Assembly: GCA_035221665.1 (NCBI GenBank)
Contig: CM069165.1
Span: 26,350,001-26,414,000, forward strand
DNA length: 64,000 nucleotides
Direction of reading: 5' to 3'
From: Okamejei kenojei
Lineage: Eukaryota
The notes under the pieces: model-generated
Told to the model about the DNA's origin: nothing
What the model saw: only the letters and a program-made list of their open reading frames with translations
The model's database searches: none
Shown here: one piece after another, positions 52,271 to 62,743 of the stretch
Position numbering within the stretch: the stretch's first letter is position 1
How the letters are laid out: the number at the start of each line of letters is the position of its first letter
Made by a program: the position numbers and the translations under genes

Positions 52271-52857
52271 AGTACGTCTTTTGCTTCTGACACCCGTTTG
52301 GTTTGAGGATAATGAAAAGCAAGAGCCTCATTCAAGTGTTCTTAAAGGCTTGAGAATCCAATTTACACGGGTAAAGTCAGTCTAAATTACACCAGATCAA
52401 GGGCAATGTCTCACATTTTAATTGAAAAGTTCTGTGATATAATCAGAACACAGAATCCCTAGTCAACGGAGAATGATTCAGTTTATGTCGTAGTCATCCT
52501 TAACAATCATATTCAATCTTTTTTTCCACATCGTAAGTTTACAAGCCAATGGTTTAACAAAATAAATGTTCAAAGAGATCAGATCTTTATATAATAATAC
52601 TTGAGCATTTTGTTCTGTAATTCGGGCTTGAATTTTCAATTTAAAATGATTAAGAAACAAAAGAACCTCGAAGCTGTTGGAAAATCTACGATTTGGAGAG
52701 TTTTCATTGATAAAAAATTCCTTCTAATCCATAAATTTCATTTTATTTGAAGATTTCCGGCCATGAACAAAGGGTACAAACCAATGGCATTTATCTGGTG
52801 GATGTTAGTTGCATGATGATGGTTAAAACAAAAATCCATATGAGTGCGTGATGGGTT

Positions 52858-53122
52858 TGCTGCCTTACAGCGCCGGAGACCTGGGTTCAATCCTGACCAT
52901 GGGTGCCGTTCTACGTAGTTTGTATGTTCTCCCCGTGATCGCTTGGGTTTTCTCCGAGATTTGCGGTTTCCCCCCACACTCCAAAGACGTACAGGTTTGT
53001 GGGTTCATTGGCTTGGTATGAATGTAAATTGTCCCTAGTGTGTGTGTTAGTGTGGGGATCACTGGTCAGTGTGGACTCGGTGGGCCGAAGGGCCTGTTTC
53101 CTCCCTGTATCTCTAAACTAAA
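52858..53122 (+). mobile_element. HE1-type V-SINE
   Basis: B box, V-domain and tail gtgggccgaagggcctgtttc..ctctaaacta. Confidence 0.88.
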
Positions 53123-53597
53123 ACTGGTCGGAAAGGTGTTGGGAAAAGTACTATGCTCACCATCACTTGCCAGAAATTAGCTTTGTCTAATAGAAATAAT
53201 TAAAAGTTCGAAGTTACGCATCAGTGTGACTGAAATGTCTTGAGTAAACTTTGTGTTAGTTATGAATACTGATCGTACAAAACACCGATTTAAAAACTAG
53301 GAAGAAACACTCCCTTAAACTAAGCAAAAGTAAAACAGCAAAAGTCAAACCCAATTTCAATACATCCATTTTCTTTTAATAGCAAGTGCTATGTTATGGT
53401 AGGGGGCACTGTAAGCCTGCTTTCAATTCTGGTCATAAAAATGATTTAGCGAACAATAACATTGCTTGCAAATTGTTCCTTTTCGTTTACAGTGCTAGAA
53501 TCTCAGCAACGGTTTCATTTTAAACTGTTTATCTCATCCTGAATTTTTAAGCGTATTTTGTTCAAAGCTGACCCAGTGATGGTTCATAGAGTCACAG

Positions 53598-53883
53598 ACT
53601 TTAGTTTAGAGATACAGAACGCACCACCGAGTCCATGCCGACCAGCGATCCCTGTACACTAGCACTATCCTATATTATCCATCCTGGGGGAAATTTTCAA
53701 TTGTTACTGAAGCCAGATTAACCGACAAACCTGCACGTCTTTGGAGTGTGGGAGGAAACCAAAGCACCTGGAGAAAGCCCACGCAGTCAAGGGGAGAGCG
53801 TACAGATGGCACCCATGGTCAGGGTCAAACGCGGGTCTCTGGCACTGTTAGGCAGCATCTACTGCTGCGCCACCATGCCGCCC
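53598..53883 (-). mobile_element. HE1-type V-SINE
   Basis: Reverse complement of the same family. Confidence 0.82.
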
Positions 53884-54059
53884 TCTGTTGTACAGCATAG
53901 AAACGGGCCCTTTGGCCCTTCGTGTCCATTCTGCCCATCATGCCTATCTATGCTAATCCCACTTGCCTAGGCAGCCAGAATAATAATTACTGTACGCAAA
54001 GTCCTCCCATATGCTTCTGAGACTTGTACAACCTGCAGCGAGCACCTGGGAGCACTGGA

Positions 54060-54335
54060 AAGGGGTCAGCCATTTAGAACGGAGATGAGGAAAAACGTTT
54101 TCACCCAGAGAGTTGTGAATCTGTGGAATTCTCTGCCTCAGAAGGCAGTGGTGGCCAATTCTCTGGATGCTTTCAAGAGGGAGTTAGATAGAGCTCTTAA
54201 AGATAGCAGAGTCAAGCGATATGGGGAGACGGCAGGAACAGGGTACTGATTGTGGATGATCAGCCACGATCACAATGAATGGTGGTGCTGGCTTGAAGGG
54301 CCGAATGGCCTACTCCGGCACCTTTTGTCTATTGA
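54060..54335 (+). mobile_element. CR1/HER1 3' end
   Basis: FRTEMRKNVFTQRVVNLWNSLP and 3'UTR. Confidence 0.9.
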
Positions 54336-56379
54336 AAGATAACAATAATTCTGTCTCTGCAAAATCCTCCAGATCCACTTGAATGATAAGTGAACCACCA
54401 CTCTCAGGCCAACATTCCCAGCAATGAATATAGACACAAAAAGCTGGTCAGATAGGGAGAAAAGGAATAATGTTCCCGTGACACTTAATTCGGCTCTGCT
54501 GGGCAGGGCACATTGTTTACGTGTCTGACACCACAGTCCAAAACATATTGCCTTTGTTGTGGGAAGAGGCTATCAGGAAAGTGTTCAAGGAAGCACTTTA
54601 AGCCTCCTGGGATTAATGTAACATGCGCACTGAGTACTGGGAATGCTTGTACCATGATCACTCGATGTGGACAAGGAGTGCACAATCTCACAAGCTACTC
54701 ACTCACCCACCCAACCTATCACGAACCTTCTTCCTCATCTGTGAAAGGCTCTCCATTGCCACATTGGGCTCTGCAGTCACTTCAGGAGGACCCGGTGTGG
54801 GGGCCGCTGAGAGGGGGGGTGAGAACAACGGAGACCCGGCCTGGGGTACTTGGTAACTTTGTTGGTGCCCTTTGTGTGGTGACTATTTGCATACCTTGGA
54901 TACCTTGCAAAACAAAGGATATCACATAGGATGCATGTGACAAAATTCATCCATTCAGAACCCATAAGACTGGAGTGAAAGCACATCATCCTCGATCACA
55001 CGGGAATGTCGAAGCAGAAGAAGATTTTCATTATTTTCTGTCGAAAATTGTTCTATTACCAGCTTTAAGGTATTCATTGTGATTTCCCATGTAAAAGAGG
55101 GGTCCACAAAATGTTTTAATCTTCTTAATTGAAGAACACACATAGTGTCTTCTCTGGAGCGTCAGAGGTTGAGGCGAGACCTGATAGAAGTATATCAAAT
55201 TGTGAGAGGCATAGATAGAGTAGACATTCAGAACTTTGTATCCAGGCGGAAATGTTAAAAACCAGGGAGTGTTGCATTGATGTCAGAGGGGGAGCATTTT
55301 TTACACAGAGGTTGGTGGGTGCCTGGAACCAAAGATACTAGGGGAGCGCTCCGCTAGTATCTTTGCCTGGAACATTCTGCCTGGGGTAATTGTGCAACAG
55401 ATAAGATAATGACATTTTAAAGGCCTGTAGATAGGCCCATGGATATGTGTAAAATGGAGGGATATGGATTGCATGCAGGCAGAGTGGATTGACTTGGCAT
55501 CATGCTCAGCGCATGCATTGTGGGTAAAGGGCATGCTCATGTGCTGCACTGTGTGCGTTCAACTTTTACTTGGTTTCAACTTGTACACAAGGTTGCGGTT
55601 TGTGCGTATTTGAGCTTGAGCCACCTATCCAGCGGCAATCTGAATGGAAAATGAGAGACAAGTCCTACCGTAAATGCATTATGCATTTTAGCCATTGCAT
55701 CACTGACGAATGCCCATCGTATGTTTACAGGGGACCGACAGACATTATATAACAAGTAACTTTAATGTCCTTAGCTGATTGAATTGTTAGATTGCATTGG
55801 TGGACATTACTAATGGCATTGCTTCTACTCAATGGCATTGAGTATTAATATCCTCCAAACATTACATTACATTTCTCTCAGATGTATGAACAAAATGATC
55901 AATATTAATATTTAATAGCAGTTAATATCTTTTAACTGATGTAAATAATTATAATGTCATTAATATAATATATTGGATCCATATATACCCATTACTGCTT
56001 GAATTTAATAAAAATAATATATCACAGATTTGCTCATCTGTTTGTCATCAATTAGACTTTAACTAATCATTTTCTTAGGATAATTAAACATTTCAGTCCA
56101 TAAATGTTGATTATCCAATACGTGCCTAAATATTTTTAAAGCAACTTAATTATCTGACTGCAATATTAACTGAAGACACAAGGAATGAGGCAAAATACTA
56201 AACATTTACGGTAAACACATTTTTAATATGTTTTATGTAAAATGGTGGATGTGGTCAGCAGGATGGGTCACACCCATAGACTTAATGTTTCTGGTCAGCA
56301 GAACTGAAGAATTTACTGTTCTGGACTCTATATTCTTAAAAGGACACCAAGATAGTGAGACAGACACTAATGCTGTAGT

Positions 56380-56837
56380 CTTCTACTTATTCTTCTTCTT
56401 GCGCATGGCATGCACAGCCTAAAGTTGTGGTACAACTTGTTCTACTTGACCTTATTTGATCGTGCATACAAGGTTGATTTGCATTCGTTAAAACGGGGCG
56501 GACCACGTGAAGGTTATGGCCCTGTCCCACGGTACGAGTTCATTCCAAGCGCTCTCCCGAGTTTAAAAAAAAAAATCAAACTCGTGGTAAGCACGGAAAA
56601 TGAACATAGCGGGTACGTCGGAGCTCGGGGACGTCTCTTAGCAGCTCGTAACGCTAACGGCAGGTACTCGGGAAGACTCGTGAAGATTTTTCAACATGTT
56701 GAAAAATGTCCACGAGAGCCCCGAGTACCGACGGCCGGCCATTACCGTAAATCTCTGAGTTCGAATCAGGGCACATTCGGGAGAGCTCTTGGAATGAACT
56801 CATGTCGTGGGGCAGGGACATTACAATCTCCCACCCC
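56380..56837 (-). mobile_element. ~151-nt retroposon with 5' HDV-like ribozyme fold and (AAG)n tail, split by a MITE
   Basis: 11-bp TSD aatgctgtagt at 56369-56379 and 56838-56848; reconstructed 5' end GGGGTGG-GAGA-TTGTA-ACC-TTCACGT-GGT-CCGCCCC-G-TTTTAA-CGAA-TGCAA. Confidence 0.82.
56517..56820. mobile_element. PIF/Harbinger-type MITE
   Basis: TTA TSD on both sides; ~45-bp imperfect TIRs TGGCCCTGTCCCACG..GAGTTCATTCCAAG and CTTGGAATGAACTC..CGTGGGGCAGGGACA. Confidence 0.9.
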
Positions 56838-57922
56838 AATGCTGTAGTAACTCAGTGGGACAGGCAGCATCTCTGGAGAGAAGGAATGGGTGAAGTTTCG
56901 GGTCGAGACCCTTCTTCAGTTTGAAGATGGGTCTCGACCCAGAAACGCACCCATTCCTTCATCCTCAGATGCTGCTTGTCCCCCTGAGTAACTCCAGCAT
57001 TTTGAGCCTATCTTCGGTGTAAACCAGCATTCTGCAGTTCCTATCTTCAGGAAAATGCAGATATTGGAATTGTGTGCAAAATACAAAGTGCTGGAGGGTC
57101 AGGCAGCATCTGTGGAGGGAATGGACATTTCAGGACAGGATCCTTCAGTAGACTAAAAAATTAATCAGCATTAATGTGCTGCCTGACCTGAGTAGTTCTG
57201 GCATTTTGCCTCAAAATTCCAGCAGATGTGGAGTTTTGCTTCAGTCTGCATGAAGGCTTGGGTAATGGTTTTGGTTTGTGAGTCTCTGCACTGCCTAGCA
57301 AGTAGCGACACATTCCTCAGATCTCATCTCAATTTCTCTTCTGCCAATTTGTCCAAGTTTGGAACCATCTCCTTTTGAAGCAGTCCTCCACAATTTTGAT
57401 CCTGGTTTGTGGGTTCAGACTTAGGGGAGTGATGGTATTGTCTGTCTTATGTTCTGGTCCTGAATACAATTACCCACACTTTTCCCCAACATTCCTCCCT
57501 TGATAGTGCAAAATTCAACCCTTGACAATTGCAGTGATTGCAGTGTCTCCATCCACTCTGTCCACTGAACCAGTCAATAAAGAAAAGCTTGATGTTTGAC
57601 ATTAGTGCAACAAAAATGTTTGTTAATATAAACAATGGTTTATTTATTGTCACATGTACCTCGGTGAAATGAGGTTCTGTTTTTACATCAGCGAGATTAT
57701 TGGCATTCATAAGTAATCGATATGGTCAGTTTTACAGATTTTCAGTTGTGCGTATTTCTATTTTTAATTTTTTATTGTTGAAGGGATGCAACATTAGTGA
57801 CTCGTGATATTGGGCATTTACCCCAAAAGGATTGTATTGTGTGACCAGTGGCTCCATGTACATATTGCAAAAATGTTTAGTGAGAAGTTTCCAGAAAGGG
57901 TATCCCTCTGTTTGGGATCTCT

Positions 57923-58111
57923 TCTTGCGTTTGAGGCAGCAGAAGTCTGCAGCTATCTGGTTCGACATCGGTTGGTGCCCGCACTTGAAAAGGGCGCACG
58001 CTCCAGGTTGGTGCCATGCTGCGGTGCTGTTGCTGTCTCTGTTTGTTGTCGTTCGCCTGACTTGGGTCAGTTGACAGGGCTCACCACGGGGAGGTCAACA
58101 ACAGGAGCCCC
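57923..58111 (-). mobile_element. 189-nt retroposon headed by an HDV-like ribozyme
   Basis: 12-bp TSD tttgggatctct at 57911-57922 and 58112-58123; 3' end ..GCCTCAAACGCAAGA(AG); no tRNA A/B boxes. Confidence 0.88.
58044..58111 (-). ncRNA. HDV/CPEB3-like self-cleaving ribozyme fold (68 nt)
   Basis: P1 GGGGCUC/GAGCCCU with G1-U wobble; P2 UGUUGUUG/CGACAACA; P3 ACC/GGU; L3 UCCCCGU; single P1.1 C-G; P4 CUGAC-CCAA-GUCAG; J4/2 G-C-GAA with the catalytic-position C at 58055. Confidence 0.88.
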
Positions 58112-58161
58112 TTTGGGATCTCTGAGAAAGCACAGTAGATAAATGATACACATCACTGCGT

Positions 58162-58376
58162 AAGATAGACACAAAAAAACTGGAGTAACTCAGCGGGACA
58201 GGCAACATCTCTGGAGAGAAGGAATGGGTGACGTTTTGGATCGAGACCCATCTTCAGACTGTCTGAAGAAGAGTGTCGACCCATTCCTTATCTCCAGAGA
58301 TGCTGCCTGCCATGCTGAGTTACTCCAGCTTTTTGTGTCTATCTTTGGTTTAAACCAGCATCTGCAGTTCCATCCC
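58162..58376. mobile_element. Inverted Penelope-tail element
   Basis: Two tail halves in inverted orientation around tcttcagactgtctgaaga; similar elements at ~50775-50945 and ~56849-57045. Confidence 0.8.
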
Positions 58377-58519
58377 ACACATATCACTACGTAAATTCTT
58401 CCACTCATGGCTTAATTTTTCAACCATCCTCTCCAATCTAAGGGAGTGAAACCGATATACTGCCTTAAACAGGAGTGAATAAGACAGGAGTGAATGAAAT
58501 TGAATTAATGGAACAGGGG

Positions 58520-58850
58520 CCGATAGGGTGGACCTTTTTCCCAGGATGGAAATATCAAATACTAGAGGGTGCAGCTTTCCGATGAGAGGGGCAAAGTTTA
58601 ACGGAGATGCTCGGGACAAGTTTTTTTCGTACAGAGGGTGGTAGACCTGGAACATGATGCCAGGGGTGATGGTGGAGGCAGATATGGTAGTGGTGTTTAG
58701 AAGACTTTTGCAAGGGCATATGGATATGTTGGAGGAGATCGATTATATGCAGGCAGGTAAGAGTTGGCCATGGCATCATGTTTATCACAAACAAGTGGAC
58801 CAAAGGGCCTGTTCATGTCCCGCACTGTTTTATGGTCTATGTTCTTGGAT
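58520..58850 (+). mobile_element. CR1 3' fragment
   Basis: LFPRMEISNTRG..FFRTEGG-type C-terminus and 3'UTR; similar at 55150-55550. Confidence 0.75.
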
Positions 58851-59526
58851 TTGATTCTGAAAGTCAAGAGCTCTATATATGCAAATAACTTTCAGGGTTC
58901 AATGATTCAATGATAATGTATTGTATCATGTTAATCCATGATACAGGGTAGGTTGTGTATCCTACCCTTCAAAACATATGCATCTTGTCGAAGGTTCCCA
59001 ACCGAAACATCGCCTATCCATGTTCCCCAGACCTGCTGGCTGACCCACTGAGTTATTTGTGTCTCACTATGTCATGATATAAAGATTGCATATTTTATGC
59101 ACTTTTTGTTTTCGAAGCCATTCTATTCCTGGAGACTGGAGGCAGGAATCAAACTTAACTTCCAAAGCTTGTACAAATATAGAGAAGCGTTTGAATCGAA
59201 TTGAACAACCTCCACATCAAATTTAGATGATTGGATTTGATTTGTAAGTTAACCTTTCTTGTTCTTCAATCAAGTGAGTGGTTGAACTTCAAAGTGTGAT
59301 GAGAGATGAGAGCAACGTCACACAAAATGCCACAGGCACTGAATGCAGAACCTGAGCGGCCTGTAAAACACAGGCGCGAGGTGCTGGAGTGACTTGCTCA
59401 CCCAGACCTGCTGTGGACCTCACCTCTACCTTATTCTCCGCAGGGTCCACACCTTCAATCAACACTACGGGAGTTCTCTGAGTTGTCTTTACTTGTCTGT
59501 AATTGCAATGCTTCAAGCCACAGCCT

Positions 59527-59652
59527 TGGTTTAATGATAGGTTGCTCTTGTCTGAGTTACAAGTCCATGTGTTCAAGTCTCACCACACAGGCTGGCGTTC
59601 TCATGAAACTCTGAGGAAGGGCTGCACCGTCTGAATTGCCATCTTTCACATG
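59527..59652 (+). mobile_element. Ancient SacSINE1/Deu-domain SINE-like fragment
   Basis: tctgagt..gttcaagtc head then ctgaggaagggctgcaccgtc..tgccatctttca, resembling the Deu domain from memory; very diverged. Confidence 0.45.
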
Positions 59653-61574
59653 TTCCAACCTGAAATGTCACCCATCCTTTTCCTCCAGAGTTGCTGCCTG
59701 ACCCGCTGAGTTACTCCAGCACTTTCTGTCTATCATCATGTTTGACTGAGTGAGTGTCTTTGTTGCAGATGATGGGAGTGGGTGAATTGGGTTTGATGAA
59801 GGTTGGTGGGTGCCAGAGATGGTGGCGAAGACAGATATCACAGTGTCATCTAAGAGGGATTTCGATGGGCACATGGATATGCATGGAATGGAGGCAAATG
59901 GATCATGTGCAAATAAATTAGATTAATTTATCTTGGTATTATGTTCGTCACAGACATTGTGGGCAGAAGGGCCTGTTCCTGTGCTGTACTGTTCTAGGAT
60001 CTAAAGTACAGATAATTAGGCAATAGCTCAGTCCAAAACTGGGGTCAAGGAACGAGCGTTCACGTCGAGGCCCTGTTTCCACCAATCTTTCCACCACCAC
60101 ACACTAGAAGCGCAAGACGGACACCATTGTATGCAGATGGCGAAGAAGCTCTGGCTGAGGAACTTCTAATCTTGCGTGTGGACTTGATGAGAAGTCCTAA
60201 ACTGTTGAAGAAATGAGAAGTTTCTTTATTTGTGGCTTTTTTCATTAAAGTTCTGAACCTATAGAGACTCCAGTTACTCTGGGATCAGTGTCTGAAAGAA
60301 TTGCTTCTGGTCAGAATGTATTTGAGGAGCTAGATCGTATTCTCCATATTGTTCATTGTGGGCTCTGATCCAGGAGATAGGATAAGTACTTCTATCTCCC
60401 TGGTGTTAAAGGCATAGTGTTGATATCTGTCGGCAGATTAGTTATAAAGTCTGTTGGAGAAGTATGATGTCAGGAGAGGAACTGTGTGTGAATATCCATC
60501 CATGAATCTCAGGGTGAGGCATGTAAGCCAGTGTAGCTCAGAGATGGGAGCATGGATGTGTAGGAAGAAACTGCAGATACTGGTTTAAACTAAAGTTAAA
60601 CATAAAATGCTGGAGTAACTCAGCGGGATAGGCAGCTTCTCTCGATAGAAAGATTGGGTGACATTTCGGGTCGAGACCCTTCTTCAGACACAAGGATAAC
60701 TGTTCTCATACAGACACAAAATAGACAATAGGTGCAGGAGAAGGCCGTTCGACCCTTCAAGCCAGCACCGCCATTCATTGTGATCATCCACAATCAGTAC
60801 CCCGTTCCTGCCTTATCCCCATATGCTGGCTTTTTGAATAGCGAGTCCTGTCAATCCCTTCGATGGTGGGGAGGTCAGTACCTGTGATGGACCGGGCAGT
60901 GTCCACCACACTTCACAAGTAGTTGCTTCAGCTTTTTCTTATCCTTTTGGTTTGCTTGCAGCTGTTGATTAATATTGATGTCCAGGGTATTCCAAGCCAT
61001 TCCTGGAGACCTGGCTGCCTTTGGAGTTCATACTGCAAAAATTCTGATACCTGAACTGTACTGGCCGTGGGCAGTTGCAGTGTGAGGGGGAGACCAGCAG
61101 GTGGAGCCTCTGATTCTGATGTTAGTTGATGCCTCTCCCAAGCAGAGGAGATTAGTTTAACTTGCATCATGTTCAGTGCAGTCATTATGGGTCACAGGGC
61201 CTGTATCTCTGCTGTACAGTGCCAGAGAGTCATGCAGTCATACAGCATGAAAACGCGCCTTTTGGCCTAACTTGTCCAAGACGCCCCATCATCCCACACA
61301 CCCGTGTTTGGTCCATATTTCTCTCAATCTTTCCTACCTGTTGAAGAGTCTTTCAGATGTTGTTCTAGCATCTGCCTCAACTACCTCCTCCGGCAGCTTG
61401 TTCCATACACCCACCACCCTCTGCCTGAAAAAAATGCCCCTCGGGTTGCTATCAAACCTTTCTAACCTTAAACCTATGCCCTCTGGTTCTTGATTCCCCT
61501 ACCAGGAGAAAAATACTCTGTGCATTCACCCTATCTACATCTCAAAGTCAATTTTATTCATCACATGCGATTGT

Positions 61575-62065
61575 GATTGAGGCAGTGGGGCGTAGGTTCA
61601 CGAGATTGATCCCTGGGATGGCGGAACTGTCATATGAGGAAAGATTGAAAAGACTAGACTTGTACTCATTGGATTTTAGAAGGATGAGGGGGGATCTTAT
61701 AGAAACATATAAAATTATAAAAGGACTGGACAAGCTAAATGCAAGAAAAATGTTCCCAATGTTGGGCGAGCCCAGAACCAGTCTTGGAATAAATGTGGGC
61801 CATTTAGGATTGAGGGGAGAAAAAACTTTTTCACCCAGAGAGTTGTGAATTTGTGAAATTCCCTGCCACAGAGGGCAGTGGAGACCAAATCACAGGATGG
61901 ATTTAAGAGGGAGTTAGATAGAGCTCTAGGGGCTAGTGGAATCAAGGGATATGGGGAGAAGGCAGGCACGGGTTATTGATAGGGGACGATCAGCCATGAT
62001 CGCAATGAATGGCAGTGCTGGCTCAAAGGGCCGAATGGCCTCCTCCTGCACCTATTTTCTATGTT
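61575..62065 (+). mobile_element. CR1/HER1 3' end
   Basis: RRFTRLIPGMAELSYEERLKRLDLYSL..RGDLIETYKI and 3'UTR with ttctatgt tail. Confidence 0.93.
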
Positions 62066-62454
62066 TTTGTGCACATCACATGCAGTGAAATCCCTTTGCG
62101 ATTTTAACCACCTCTATAAGGCTCTATATTTGACTAATTGCCACTTGAAGCTCATTGTGGACCTCACCTTTACCACATCTGCAGGCAGTGTGTTCCATGT
62201 TCTAACCACAGGACTAACGTAATGTCACTTCTCTGGGATTTTTCTACATTCTAAATGGCTGCTGCATCTATCTTTAAATGCCAGGACATTTGATGCAAGT
62301 CACTCTATATCGTAGAGTCATTGAGGCCATTTAGTTCATTGTAAAGAAATCTCATTATCTCTTTTTTCCAATACTTAGTCCTGGAGTTCTGAAAATTATT
62401 TTCTCTCAATTATCTGTCCAATTTGGATTTGTTCCCACTATTGTTTAATTAATT

Positions 62455-62743
62455 GTGGCGCAGCTGGTAGAGCGGTTCCTGACCTCGGGTGCTGTCGGGT
62501 ACCAGGTTCGATCCTGACCTCGGGTGCTGTCTGTGTGGAGTTTGCCTGTGAATTCTCCCTGTGGCCGAGTGGGTTCCCAAAGGCCAGCGGGTTTGCAGGT
62601 TAATTGGTCCTCTGTAACTTGCTCCTAGTGTGTAAGGAGTGGATAAGAATCAAAGAACCAGCATGAAAGGGTGATCGATGGTCAGCATCAAGGATTCAGT
62701 GGGCCGAAGGGCCTGTTTCCATGCTGTATATCTAAACTAAACT
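62455..62743 (+). mobile_element. HE1-type V-SINE with a short internal duplication
   Basis: A box gtggcgcagctggtagag; tcctgacctcgggtgctgtc occurs twice; standard tail. Confidence 0.85.

Noticed and set aside
54513-54929. 138-aa ORF
   Set aside because: Spans a degenerate RTE-like remnant and another retroposon tail; no coherent protein.
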